Positions 43,925 to 54,114 are shown, counted from the stretch's first letter. The stretch: 64,000 nt of DNA from Lysobacterales bacterium (GCA_046318115.1 JBKCVA010000021.1:114-64113), one strand, 5' to 3'. Translations and numbers: made by a program. The notes: generated from the letters alone by a model not told the origin.

Positions 43925-45673
43925 CTACTCCACCCGCAAAGGCGCTTCCACGAGGCCCGAGTTCGATTCCCCGTTCCAGTAACGCAGGCGGTAGTTGCCC
44001 GGCTGCTCCGGCGCAACCAGGCTGACCTCATTGTTGGCGAAACCGCGATCCTGGTTGAGGCGCTGGCGACGCAGCACCTTGTCGCTCCCGGTCTCCACGA
44101 TCTGTACGTCATCGCGCACCGCTCCCGGCCCTTGCCAGCGCAGCGTGAAACGCTCGCCTGCACGGACGCTGGGCGGTGCGTCCAGGCTCACGGGAATCGC
44201 GCGCACGGTCAACGGGCGTTCGACCAGAACGCGATCGTCGCTGCCGCTGTAGTAGCGCAGCACATAGCGGCCAGGTCCGATCGGCGCGGTGATGCTCGCT
44301 TGCTTGTCCGCATAGCTACGATCCTGATTGAGCCGCTGGCGACGGATGACGCGGCTGTCGGCCACAGAGGTGATCTGGAGGTCGTCGCGGCCAGCGCCTG
44401 GCCCCTGCCAGCGCACACGGAAGGGACGACCCATCTCGACCTCGGCAGGCGCATCGAGGCTCACCTGCGCCGCCACCACCTCGATCTCCCGCTCAGCCAG
44501 AATCTGCGCGTTCTCGCCGTTGTAATAGCGCAGCAGATAGCGCCCCGGCTCGTTGGGCGCCTGCAGGCTGACCTCGCGCTGCTCGAAACCGCGATCCTGG
44601 TTCAGACGCTGACGACGCATGACCTGCACGTCGTCGACCGTGGCGATCTGCACGTCGTCGCGACCTGCGCCCGGCCCCTGCCAGCGAACCACGAAGGTCG
44701 CACCGATCGGCACCTGTGCGGGCGCCTCCAGGCTGACCGCGGCTGCAACCAGCTCGATCGACTGTCTCGCCAGCACCCGCTGCAGCTCGCCATGCCAGTA
44801 GCGCAACTCGTAGCGCCCCGGCTCGGCCGCCATCACCAGGCGCGCGGTTCGCGCATCGAAGCCGCCGTCCTGATTGAGGCGCTGACTGCGCAGCACGCGA
44901 CCGGTGCCATCGGCAGCGCTCGGATCGAACAGCTGCAGGTCATCGCGCAGATCGCCCGGCCCCTGCCAGCGGACCTCGATCGTGCTGGCGATGGCCGCCT
45001 GGGCGGGCGCCTCAAGTGCGGCCTCGGGGATCGGCATGGGCGGTGGCAGCGGCGCTTCCACAAGAGTCTGCTGCAGGGCCGCCTGCAGCGCGGCCACATC
45101 CGTGGCTTGAAGGTAGCGGCCGCCGGTGTTCTCGGCGAGGCAGGCTACCTGCCGGCCCTCCTGCTCGCTCAGGCCGAAGCCAACAACGTGCGCGGTGAAG
45201 TCGACGCCGCTGGCCGCCAATTCTTCTCCCAAGGCGCAGGGGTCGGAATCACAGGTTTCGACGCCATCGGTGATCAGCACCACGCGCGCGGCGCGCTCGG
45301 TGTGTCGAAGCGCCACCGCCGCACGGCGCACCGATTCGGTCAGCGGGGTCATGCCTTGGAACTTCAAGTCGCGCACGGCGGCGTTGATGGCGTCGGCGCT
45401 GCCAGCGGAAGGCGTCACCACGAGCTCGATGTCGCCGCAGTCGCCGCGCCGCCGGTGGCCGTAGGCGATGAGGCCGATCTCGGTCGAGGACGGCAGCGCA
45501 GCCAGGGCATCGGCAAGCGTCTCGCGCGCGATCTCCAGCTTGGGCCGGCCTTCGATCTGGCCCCACATCGAGCCCGAGGCATCCAGCACCACCAGGGTGG
45601 CCTCGTTGGCGCTTGCCACAGAGCTCAATCCGATCAGCAGTCCAGCGAGGGTGCGCCTCAGCGTGCGGCACAT
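43925..45673 (-). CDS. Secreted VWA-domain protein with four tandem ~90-aa Ig-like repeats
   Basis: Signal peptide, MIDAS DASGS..TPL..ITDG; repeats SL[ED]AP..RWQGPG..RDD.Q..RRQRLNQD..PGRY.LRY. Confidence 0.9.
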   Translation of the reverse strand: MCRTLRRTLAGLLIGLSSVASANEATLVVLDASGSMWGQIEGRPKLEIARETLADALAALPSSTEIGLIAYGHRRRGDCGDIELVVTPSAGSADAINAAVRDLKFQGMTPLTESVRRAAVALRHTERAARVVLITDGVETCDSDPCALGEELAASGVDFTAHVVGFGLSEQEGRQVACLAENTGGRYLQATDVAALQAALQQTLVEAPLPPPMPIPEAALEAPAQAAIASTIEVRWQGPGDLRDDLQLFDPSAADGTGRVLRSQRLNQDGGFDARTARLVMAAEPGRYELRYWHGELQRVLARQSIELVAAAVSLEAPAQVPIGATFVVRWQGPGAGRDDVQIATVDDVQVMRRQRLNQDRGFEQREVSLQAPNEPGRYLLRYYNGENAQILAEREIEVVAAQVSLDAPAEVEMGRPFRVRWQGPGAGRDDLQITSVADSRVIRRQRLNQDRSYADKQASITAPIGPGRYVLRYYSGSDDRVLVERPLTVRAIPVSLDAPPSVRAGERFTLRWQGPGAVRDDVQIVETGSDKVLRRQRLNQDRGFANNEVSLVAPEQPGNYRLRYWNGESNSGLVEAPLRVE

Positions 45674-45764
45674 TACATGCGTCTCCCATGGGTGCGGCAG
45701 CCAACATGGCCCGCCATGTCCGAGTACGGAAGACGCCGCGTCGGAAGGACATCGGCGTGGAGGC

Positions 45765-46010
45765 TCAATCGCCAACAGGCGCCGCCCACCAGAGCACGAG
45801 CAGCCCACCCACTGCCAGCATCCAGATCAGCGCCCCCACCCAGATCGAGGCAGTGTCCGCCGGTTCACTCCGCGGCCGCAGGGATTTCAGGATCACCCAG
45901 CCGGTGCCGCGGAAAGTGATGTTCACGACGACTTCGACAATCACCTCGATCACCCAGCGCACCGCACCTTTCAGCAGACCTTCGACCAGGGGTTCCAGCG
46001 GCATGGGCAA
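45765..46010 (-). CDS. Small hypothetical membrane protein
   Basis: 81-aa ORF with amphipathic/TM segments; no family recognised. Confidence 0.55.
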   Translation of the reverse strand: MPMPLEPLVEGLLKGAVRWVIEVIVEVVVNITFRGTGWVILKSLRPRSEPADTASIWVGALIWMLAVGGLLVLWWAAPVGD

Positions 46011-46115
46011 GCCTCCACTTTGCGCCGCACAGCGCCGCAGCCCTCCCTGCGATGCTGGAAGCCCAACGCAGTGACTCGGGCGGTTGTGAACGGCCCGCCG
46101 CTATACTCCGCGCCC

Positions 46116-47057
46116 ATGCCGGCCTCTGCCCCGACCCTGCTGCTGCTCAGCCTCGAGGCCGTGATCATTGCGGTCACCGAGGAGACGCCGCGCGTGCTGA
46201 CCGTGCGGGAGTCAGGCGGCGAGGAGGCCCTGCCCTCCGGCCCGCTGGACGTGGCGAGGCACCTGACCATCGAGCGCGGCCTGCGCGACTGGGTCGAGCA
46301 GCAGACCGGGTTTCCACTGGGCTACGTCGAGCAGCTGTACACCTACGGCGACCGTGAGCGCGACCCCAGGGAGCGCGAGCTTGGAGCGCGCGTGGTCTCG
46401 ACCGCCTACCTCGCCCTGGTGCGCGAGCAGCCACTGCCGCGCGAACTCACCGCTCAATGGTCCAACTGGTACGCCTATCTGCCTTGGGAAGACTGGCGCG
46501 GCGGCCGCCCGGCACTGATCGATCGCGACCTGAAGCCGCATCTCTACGCCTGGGCCGGCCGTGAAAAGCGACGGCGCGAACGCGCCGATCTGCTGTTCGG
46601 CTTCGACGATGGCCCCTGGGACCCGGAGCGCACGCTGGAGCGCTACGAACTCCTGTGGGAAGCCGGCGCAGTCGGCGAAGCACTGCGCGACCGCGGCGAG
46701 GGCGAACCCGCCCCCGGCTCCGGCCGCGTCATGGCGGCGGATCACCGGCGCATCCTCGCCACGGCACTGGGCCGCCTGCGCGGCAAGCTGAAGTACCGAC
46801 CGGTCGTGTTCGAGCTGCTGCCGCCAGAGTTCACACTGGGCCAGCTGCAGCGCGTGGTCGAGGCGCTGGCCGGGGCCCGCGTGCACAAGCAGAACTTCCG
46901 CCGGCTGATCGAAGCGGCCGGCCTGGTCGAAGGCACCGGCCGTCTCGACCACGGCACCGGCGGCCGTCCGGCCGAGCTGTTCCGCTTCCGCCACGAGGTG
47001 TTCCGCGAGCGTCCGGCGCCGGGGGTGTATTTCCCTGGAGCGTGGTGGGGGCGGTAG
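46116..47057 (+). CDS. NrtR-like Nudix-wHTH transcriptional regulator
   Basis: ALPSGP..GLRDWVEQQTG..YVEQLYTYGDRER, DHRRILATALGRLRGKLKYRP..FTLGQLQ..KQNFRR..GGRPAELFRF. Confidence 0.85.
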   Translation: MPASAPTLLLLSLEAVIIAVTEETPRVLTVRESGGEEALPSGPLDVARHLTIERGLRDWVEQQTGFPLGYVEQLYTYGDRERDPRERELGARVVSTAYLALVREQPLPRELTAQWSNWYAYLPWEDWRGGRPALIDRDLKPHLYAWAGREKRRRERADLLFGFDDGPWDPERTLERYELLWEAGAVGEALRDRGEGEPAPGSGRVMAADHRRILATALGRLRGKLKYRPVVFELLPPEFTLGQLQRVVEALAGARVHKQNFRRLIEAAGLVEGTGRLDHGTGGRPAELFRFRHEVFRERPAPGVYFPGAWWGR

Positions 47058-47342
47058 GACGATCCCTGCCCCGCGAGCCCGGCCTGCGCCGCGGGAGCAC
47101 GCGCGACGGGGCGACGGAGGGCACCTGTCCAGTGGCGAGGCGAGCGCCCGCTTCAGGGGAGGCCGGAACCCATCCCATGTGAAGACGGAAAACATGGGCC
47201 GCGCGCAGCGCCAGCGCCCACCCGATGCACGCGTGACATCGATAACGGCAGCGAGCATCGAGCTCATGGCCGGCCAGGGCCAGCCGGCTCGCTCGCGGCT
47301 GCCGTCCACTAAACTACGCGCCCTTTCGCGGATACCCCTTCC

Positions 47343-48095
47343 ATGTCCGAACTCGAATCGCGCGCGCTGGCCAAGACCTGGTTCTACCCTTTCAAGCTGC
47401 CCTCGGGGGCGATGACGCCGACCTATGACGGCGGCGCGCTGGATGCGATCCACCACACCCGCTCGCAGATGCTCGATGCGCTGATCGCGCGGGAGTTCGC
47501 TGGCGACCGCTCGCACTTGAGTTCGGTGGATCTTGCTTGCCACCAGGGCTGGTTCTCGGTGCAGCTGGCGCAGGCCGGCTTCGGCAAGGTGTTGAGCGTG
47601 GACGCCCGCGATGAGCACGTCGCCGACTCGCGCCTCATCCGCGATGCGCTGGGCCTGCCGCAGATCAACGTGATCCAGAGCGACGTGCACGCGCTCGACA
47701 CCGCCGCGCTCGGTGTGCACGACCTGGTGCTCTGCTTCGGCCTGATCTACCACTTGGAGAATCCGGTCGGCGCGCTGCGCGTAGCGCGCGCGCTAACGAA
47801 GAAGGTCTGCGTGATCGAGACCCAGGTCGTGCCCGGATTGACTGGCTGGGTCGACTACGGCAGCTACCGCTTCGTTCGGCCGCTGAAGGGCAGCTTCGGC
47901 ATCATCGACGAGACCGAAGAGACCCACGGCCCCGAGGCCAGCACCACCGGCATCTGTCTTGTGCCCAGCACCGAGGCGCTGGTGTGGATCCTGCAGCGCA
48001 TCGGCTTCTCGCGTGTCGAAGTGCTACCGGTGCCCGAGGACGGCTACGAGCAACTGGTGCACCGCAAGCGGGTGATGGTCGCGGCCTGGGTTTGA
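47343..48095 (+). CDS. Class I SAM-dependent methyltransferase (CmoB/DUF1698-like)
   Basis: VDLACHQGWF, LSVDAR, DLVLCFGLIYHLENP. Confidence 0.85.
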   Translation: MSELESRALAKTWFYPFKLPSGAMTPTYDGGALDAIHHTRSQMLDALIAREFAGDRSHLSSVDLACHQGWFSVQLAQAGFGKVLSVDARDEHVADSRLIRDALGLPQINVIQSDVHALDTAALGVHDLVLCFGLIYHLENPVGALRVARALTKKVCVIETQVVPGLTGWVDYGSYRFVRPLKGSFGIIDETEETHGPEASTTGICLVPSTEALVWILQRIGFSRVEVLPVPEDGYEQLVHRKRVMVAAWV

Positions 48096-48105
48096 GGGCA
48101 CCGGG

Positions 48106-48130
48106 GCCGGGCGCATCGCCTGCGCCCGGC
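48106..48130. terminator. GC-rich hairpin between convergent genes
   Basis: GCCGGGCGCA-TCGCC-TGCGCCCGGC 10-bp stem; no clear U-tract. Confidence 0.4.
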
Positions 48131-48144
48131 CCTGCCGGCGTCGC

Positions 48145-49452
48145 TCAGCGCTGGCGATACTTCTCGTACAGGCGCGTGTGCCGGCTGCTGAGGTCCACCT
48201 CGCGACCACGGATCCATGCACGCTCGACATGGGTGCGCGCCTCCAGCGGGTCGCCGTCGGCAATCACCAGGGTCGCGAGCTTGCCAGCATCGAGTGAGCC
48301 GACCTGGTCGGCGACGCCCAGGATCTCGGCGGGGCTCAGGGTGATCGCACGCAGGGCGTCCTCGAAGCTCAGGCCGTAGGCCACCGCGCTGGCTGCCTGG
48401 TACGGCAGGTTGCGCAGATTGCTGGTGTCGAAGCTGTCGCCGGGCGAAGCGATGGCGAAGCGCACGCCAGCGGCCTTGAGCTTCGCGGCCTGCGCATAGA
48501 TCGCATCGACCGCATCGAAGCGGCGCTGTGGCAGCACATGGGTGCCGCCGAGGATGACCGGCACCTCCTGCGCGCGCAGGCGATCCGCCAGGCGCCAGGC
48601 CTCCGCGCCGCCGACCAGCACGGCGCGAAGCTTGAACTCGGCGGCGAAGTCCAGCGCCGCGCCGATTGAAACCGCATCATCGGCGTGCAGGAACACCGCC
48701 TGCTCGCGCTTCAGCGCCGGCTGCATGGCCGCCAGACGCAGATCCGGTACGGCGACCGTGCCAGCCTGCTCGGCCAAGCCATAAGCACGGGCCTGCTCGA
48801 AGGCACGGCGCAGACCGCGCTGCTTCTCGGTCACCGCCTTCTTCGCAGCTTCGGCCACCTCGGCCGGCAGCCAGGGCGGCACTTCACCGCTGGGCCAGAC
48901 CACATGCAGGCCGATCGGCGCCTTCAGCGTCAGCTCTTCCCAGGTCCAGCCATCGAGCTGGATCAAGGCCGAGGTGCCGGTGATGACACTGCTGGCGCTG
49001 GCCTGCGGCGCACTCAGCGCCAGCAGCACGCCGTTGGCACGGGTCACCGGAATCAACTCGCTCTCCGGATTGATCGCGACTTCGGCGCGCACGTTGGCCG
49101 CGTTCAGGCCGACCTCGGCCATGTCGTTGGTGGCGCGCACCGCACCAATCTCGGTGAGGCCCAGCACGCTATGGGCGGCGATCAGGCCGGGGTAGACCTG
49201 CTTGCCGACGGCATCGATGCGGTCTGCACCATCGAGGGAGACCTCGCTGCCGCCGACGGCGACGATGCGCTCGCCTTCGATGCGCACGCGGCCGCTTTCA
49301 ATGCGGTCACCACTGACAGTGTGGACGGTGCCGCCGTCGATCACGATCGGCCGCTCGGCCGGACGCGCCGGCGGGCCGGGCTGGGCGAAGGCGGGAGCGA
49401 GCCCCAGCGACAGCAGGGCCGCGGCGCCAAACAGTCGGGACTTAGTGGACAT
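48145..49452 (-). CDS. Exported amidohydrolase-family protein (small partner)
   Basis: Signal peptide, GKQVYPGLIAAHS, ALRAITLSPAEILGV..VGSL..GKLATLVI. Confidence 0.88.
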   Translation of the reverse strand: MSTKSRLFGAAALLSLGLAPAFAQPGPPARPAERPIVIDGGTVHTVSGDRIESGRVRIEGERIVAVGGSEVSLDGADRIDAVGKQVYPGLIAAHSVLGLTEIGAVRATNDMAEVGLNAANVRAEVAINPESELIPVTRANGVLLALSAPQASASSVITGTSALIQLDGWTWEELTLKAPIGLHVVWPSGEVPPWLPAEVAEAAKKAVTEKQRGLRRAFEQARAYGLAEQAGTVAVPDLRLAAMQPALKREQAVFLHADDAVSIGAALDFAAEFKLRAVLVGGAEAWRLADRLRAQEVPVILGGTHVLPQRRFDAVDAIYAQAAKLKAAGVRFAIASPGDSFDTSNLRNLPYQAASAVAYGLSFEDALRAITLSPAEILGVADQVGSLDAGKLATLVIADGDPLEARTHVERAWIRGREVDLSSRHTRLYEKYRQR

Positions 49453-52400
49453 GGTCATTGATCCCGCAGCTGTTGAGGTCGGTGCCGTCGTGATAGAGCC
49501 CGCGCAGGGCGCCGAAATGGGCCAGCCAGCGCACGTCGCTCTGGACCAGCCGCAGCAGCGCCGGATCGATGCGCACGGGCTTGGCCTCCTCTGCCTTTGT
49601 GTCCGCCGTCATCGATTGGGACTTGCGCCGATCGGCAGCGGCCAGCGCCAGCAGACGCTCGCGCTCAGCCAGAATCTGCGCCTGCAGCTGCGCATCCTCG
49701 CTGCGGTCGAAGTAGCGGCGGCCATCGATCCAGGTCGTCTCGGCGCGCGCATAGTTCGACAGCGGATGCGCGCTCCACAGCACCAGATCGGCATCAAGAC
49801 CAGGCTTGATCGCACCGACGCGGTCGGCGATGCCGAGCTGGATTGCCGGGTTCAGCGTCACCAGCTTCCAGGCCTCCTCATCGCTCAGGCCGCCGTGGCG
49901 CAGGGCCTTGGCCGCCTCCATGTTGAGGCGCCGGGCCATCTCATCGCTATCGGAGTTGAACGAGCTCACCACGCCAGCGCGGGTCATCAGCGCGCCGTTG
50001 TGCGGGATGCCGTCGATGACCTCCATCTTGAAGGCCCACCAGTCGGCGAAGGTCGAGGCACCGGCGCCGATCTCCGCAATCTCGCGGGCCACCTTGTAGC
50101 CCTCCAGCACGTGCTGGAAGCTTGAGACCTTGAAGCCGAACTCCTGCGACAGACGCACAAACATCAGGATCTCGTCCTGCCGGTAGGAGTGGATGTGCAC
50201 GAGGCGCTCGCCGCGCAGGATCTCGACCAGGGCTTCGAGGCGCAGGTCGCGGCGCACGGGCTCGCCCCGCTCCAGCGCAGCCGCGTACGCGCGAGCGGCC
50301 AGGAAGTGGTCGCGCATGATCTGCTCCACGCCCATCCGCGTCTGCGGATAGCGCACGGTCATGCTCTCGCCCCAGTTCGACTGTTTGACGTTCTCACCCA
50401 GCGCGAACTTCACCCCCGTAGGCGCGCCCTCGAACACCAGGCCAGCGGCATCCGCGCCCCAGCGCAGCTTGATCACAGCGTTCTGCCCGCCCATGGGATT
50501 GGCCGAGCCGTGCAGCAGGTTGACAGAAGTCACGCCGCCCGAGAGCTGGCGATACAGATTGATGTCGGTGGGGTCGAGCACATCGCCAACCCGCACTTCG
50601 GTGGTCACGGCATGCGAAGGCTCGTTGACGTTGCGGGCGATCGCGGTGTGCGAATGCGCGTCAACGATGCCCGCGGTCAGATGCCGGCCTTCGGCTTCGA
50701 TCACCTGCGCAGCGCGACCGGCGCTCAGGCCCTGCCCGACCTCGACGATGCGCCCGCGTCGCACCCGCACATCGGCCCCTTCGAGCACACCCTGTTCGGT
50801 GTTGGTCCAAACCGTGGCGCCGCGGATCAGCAGTTCCTCGGCCTGCGGCGGCAGCGCCGCGCGGGCGTACTCACCGGCCGGGTAGCCGCTGTGGGCCGGG
50901 ATCGCGCGCGGCGGCTCGGCGGGTTTGGCGTCCTTGTCTGGCTCTGCCGAGGCCGCGCTGCTGGTGCCGGAAAAGCCGTAGCGGCGTCCGTCGACCGTCT
51001 CCGCGAAGCCCTCCACCGCGCCAGCCTCGCCGATCACGAAGTCGACCCGCGCGGTGCGTGCCGGCCAGCCGGCGGGGCTGGATTCTGGCAGTGCCACCCA
51101 GCGACCATCGAGCTGCTTCAGTTTCAATCGGGACTCACCCAGACTGAACTCGCGACTGTCGCCGCTGCCGCTCAGCGACCAGGTCTCGCTGCGGCCATCG
51201 GCATGCCACCGCAGACTCAACGAATCGCCCGGCAGTCGCGGAGTGATCGCTGCGAGCTCGAAGCGTTCCCCCTCAACCCAGACTTCGTAGAGCTTGGCCT
51301 TGTCCTCACGGAACAGGCCGGCATCGGCGATCACGAGGTTGGCGAGCTGGCCGGGGGCCACGCGGCCCAGGCGGTCGCCGGACTTCAGCAATTCGGCCGG
51401 GGTCACCGTGAGCGCGCGCAGCGCGGCGTCCTCGGAGAGCCCGGCGGCCACCGCACGACGGAGGGCCGGCCAGAACTGTTTGGCCGGCTCCTTCAGGCCG
51501 CGGGTCGACAGCGCAAACGGCAGACCCGCTTCGGCAACGCGCGCGGCATTGGCTGGCGCCTGCTCCCAGTGTTGAAGATCCGCCAGCGCTGTCTGCAGGG
51601 CCACGCCGGTTTGCTCGACGGCCGGCGCTTCGGGAAAGTTAAGCGGCAGCACCAGCGGGCGATTCCAGGCCTTGAGCTGGGGCAGCAGGCGGTACTCATG
51701 GCCAGTGCCCACCAGCACGCCGTCGAGCTTGAACTCGGCGGCGATCGCTTGGAATCGACCTGCATCAAGCTCGTCGTCCATCAGCAGGAAGACGCGCTGC
51801 TGACCCGCCAGCACCGGCGCCAGCGCTTCCAGACTCTGGCTGTGCTGCAGGCGGGCATCGGTAGTTGCCCGTCGCGAAGGCGCGGACTGCGTGCTGGCGT
51901 ACCAACGCGCATCGAAGAGGCTCTGTCGAATCAAGGCAATGCTGCCCATCAGCGAGCCGGGATAGTCCGAGCCGAACTGGAAGTCGAAACCGAACACCTG
52001 CGACACGCTTGGCGCCAGGATGGCGTCTCGGCGCGGCCCGCTATCGATCAGGCTGATCAGCGCGCCCTGTCCGGCCAGGATGCCCGCCTGTGGTGCGGTG
52101 TGGGCGGCGGTAAAGCCAAGCTCTCGCAGCGGCTTGGCATCGGCGGGTTTGTAGTCAAGCACGCGGGCAGCCGAGCGCTCGGGCTGGGCGCGCCGATTCC
52201 AGTGCGGAGTGCCCGGCTGGCTCGCCTGCTGATCGTGCGGCGGCGCGTGACCGGGCTGTCCGCCCTTGATCCCCCCGCGCTGGTGATCAGCTGGCAGCCC
52301 GAGCGTGCTGATGGGCTCGACAAAACCAGCAAACACCGTAGCGCCTGCAAGATCGCGGACCTCGTAGCCGGCGGGGACACGCAAGCCTGAACCCACCGAC

Positions 52401-52615
52401 TCGATGCGGCCGTCGCTCAGCAGGACAGTGGCGTTCTCGATGACGCGACCCGGCTCGGGCACCACGCGCGCATTGGTGAGGGCAATGCTGCGCGTCGGCC
52501 GATCGGCCACGCCCTCGCTGGGGAGCGTGCGCTGTTGGGCGGCCGCGACAGCGGCGACCAGAGGCAGCACGAAAAGACTGGTCCGGGCCAACCACCGAAC
52601 TTCTGATCTGGACAT
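49442..52615 (-). CDS. Exported two-domain amidohydrolase-family protein
   Basis: Two amidohydrolase repeats; second retains AGIVDAHSH, IHSYRQDE, FQHVLEG, NSD, TLNPA..GAIKPGLDADLV. Confidence 0.9.
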   Translation of the reverse strand: MSRSEVRWLARTSLFVLPLVAAVAAAQQRTLPSEGVADRPTRSIALTNARVVPEPGRVIENATVLLSDGRIESVGSGLRVPAGYEVRDLAGATVFAGFVEPISTLGLPADHQRGGIKGGQPGHAPPHDQQASQPGTPHWNRRAQPERSAARVLDYKPADAKPLRELGFTAAHTAPQAGILAGQGALISLIDSGPRRDAILAPSVSQVFGFDFQFGSDYPGSLMGSIALIRQSLFDARWYASTQSAPSRRATTDARLQHSQSLEALAPVLAGQQRVFLLMDDELDAGRFQAIAAEFKLDGVLVGTGHEYRLLPQLKAWNRPLVLPLNFPEAPAVEQTGVALQTALADLQHWEQAPANAARVAEAGLPFALSTRGLKEPAKQFWPALRRAVAAGLSEDAALRALTVTPAELLKSGDRLGRVAPGQLANLVIADAGLFREDKAKLYEVWVEGERFELAAITPRLPGDSLSLRWHADGRSETWSLSGSGDSREFSLGESRLKLKQLDGRWVALPESSPAGWPARTARVDFVIGEAGAVEGFAETVDGRRYGFSGTSSAASAEPDKDAKPAEPPRAIPAHSGYPAGEYARAALPPQAEELLIRGATVWTNTEQGVLEGADVRVRRGRIVEVGQGLSAGRAAQVIEAEGRHLTAGIVDAHSHTAIARNVNEPSHAVTTEVRVGDVLDPTDINLYRQLSGGVTSVNLLHGSANPMGGQNAVIKLRWGADAAGLVFEGAPTGVKFALGENVKQSNWGESMTVRYPQTRMGVEQIMRDHFLAARAYAAALERGEPVRRDLRLEALVEILRGERLVHIHSYRQDEILMFVRLSQEFGFKVSSFQHVLEGYKVAREIAEIGAGASTFADWWAFKMEVIDGIPHNGALMTRAGVVSSFNSDSDEMARRLNMEAAKALRHGGLSDEEAWKLVTLNPAIQLGIADRVGAIKPGLDADLVLWSAHPLSNYARAETTWIDGRRYFDRSEDAQLQAQILAERERLLALAAADRRKSQSMTADTKAEEAKPVRIDPALLRLVQSDVRWLAHFGALRGLYHDGTDLNSCGINDHVH

Positions 52616-52725
52616 TCGATTCCCCATGGGCCCAACCTGGGCCATGGGGCGACGGTAGTGGCGGGCGCCGTTTCCAGCGCCGCCCAGAAGTCACGCGCGG
52701 GTCGGATGCACCCGTGTGCTTCCGA

Positions 52726-54114
52726 TCAGAGGGGAAGCGACTGCACGCCGCGCTTGCGGACGATCAACAGGGCCAGCTCCAGCGACTGCTCGTAGTTGAG
52801 CCTCGGATCGACTGTGGAGCGGTAGGCGCGCTCGAGGTCGACATCAGTCAGGTCGCGGGCACCGCCGGTGCACTCGGTGACGTTCTCGCCGGTGAGCTCC
52901 AGATGCACCCCGCCGAGCCGCGTGCCCGCCGCAGCGTGCAGGTCGAACGCCTGCTCCAGTTCGCTGCGGATGTTGTCGAAGCGGCGCGTCTTGAAACCGT
53001 TGCTGGTCGACTCGGTGTTGCCGTGCATGGGATCGGCCACCCACAGCACGCGACGGCCCTCGCGGCGCATCAGCTCCAGATGCGGCGGAAGTTCGGCGGC
53101 GATCTTGGCCGCACCCATGCGGTGGATGAAGGTGAGGCGCCCGGCCTCGTTGTCCGGGTTCAGGGCATCAGCAAGGCGCAGCAGCGCTTCGGGCTTCACG
53201 CCAGGGCCGACCTTCACTGCCACTGGATTACGGATACCGCGCATGTACTCGGTGTGCGCGCCGTCCAGTGCGGCGGTCCGCATACCAATCCAAGGGTAGT
53301 GCGTCGACAAGTTGAACCAGCCCCAGTTGCGCGGTACCTGTCGGGTCAGCGATTCCTCGTAGTCGAGCAGCAGCGCCTCATGCGAGGTGTAGAAGTCCAC
53401 CCTGCGCACGCCCTGCGAGGCCTCGCCCGAGAGGGTCTCCATAAAGCGCACGCCATCGCCGATGGCACGCACCATCCGGTGGTACTCCTCGGCCAGCGGT
53501 GAGTGGCTGACCCAGCCCAGATCCCAGTACTCGGGGTGATGAAGGTCTGCGAAGCCACCGTCGATCAGCGCGCGCACGAAGTTCATCGTCAAGGCCGAGC
53601 GCGAATGCGCTTCGATCAGGCGCCGCGGGTCGGGCAGGCGAGCCTCGGGCGTGAACGCGGGCGAATTGATGATGTCGCCGCGGTAACTGGGCAGCTCGAC
53701 ACCATCCTTGATCTCGGTGTCCGCCGAGCGCGGTTTGGCGTACTGGCCAGCGAAGCGACCTACCCGAACCACAGGCATACGCAGGCCGTAGACCAGGACC
53801 ACGCTCATTTGCAGCAGGACCTTGAGGCGATTCGAGATCAGACCCGACTCGCAGTCGGAGAAACTCTCCGCACAGTCGCCCCCTTGCAGCAGGAACCGCT
53901 GACCCTCCTGCGCTTCCGCCAGTTGCTTCTTGAGCGCCAGAATCTCGAGCGACGTCACCAGCGGCGGCAACCGACTCAATTCCCCCAGCGTGGCATCAAG
54001 GGTCGTGCGGTCCGGGTAGCGCGGTTGCTGCAGAGCGGGGCGTGCACGCCACGAGGTCGGGCTCCAGTCCACAGGCAGGTTCACAGCTTCAAGATTGCGT
54101 TCGGACGGCATCAC
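52726..54114 (-). CDS. Class II DAHP synthase
   Basis: FLLQGGDCAESF, GRFAGQYAKPRS, SYRGD, YTSHEALLL, WIGMRT, DPMHGNT, HLELTGENVTEC, DPRLN. Confidence 0.96.
   Translation of the reverse strand: MMPSERNLEAVNLPVDWSPTSWRARPALQQPRYPDRTTLDATLGELSRLPPLVTSLEILALKKQLAEAQEGQRFLLQGGDCAESFSDCESGLISNRLKVLLQMSVVLVYGLRMPVVRVGRFAGQYAKPRSADTEIKDGVELPSYRGDIINSPAFTPEARLPDPRRLIEAHSRSALTMNFVRALIDGGFADLHHPEYWDLGWVSHSPLAEEYHRMVRAIGDGVRFMETLSGEASQGVRRVDFYTSHEALLLDYEESLTRQVPRNWGWFNLSTHYPWIGMRTAALDGAHTEYMRGIRNPVAVKVGPGVKPEALLRLADALNPDNEAGRLTFIHRMGAAKIAAELPPHLELMRREGRRVLWVADPMHGNTESTSNGFKTRRFDNIRSELEQAFDLHAAAGTRLGGVHLELTGENVTECTGGARDLTDVDLERAYRSTVDPRLNYEQSLELALLIVRKRGVQSLPL

Noticed and set aside
42923-45919. 998-aa plus-strand ORF, and other long antisense ORFs (26982-29135, 50189-52390, 25424-27208, 57131-59194, 2962-5040)
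   Set aside because: Shadow ORFs opposite well-supported genes; expected in high-GC DNA with strong codon bias, and no recognisable motifs.
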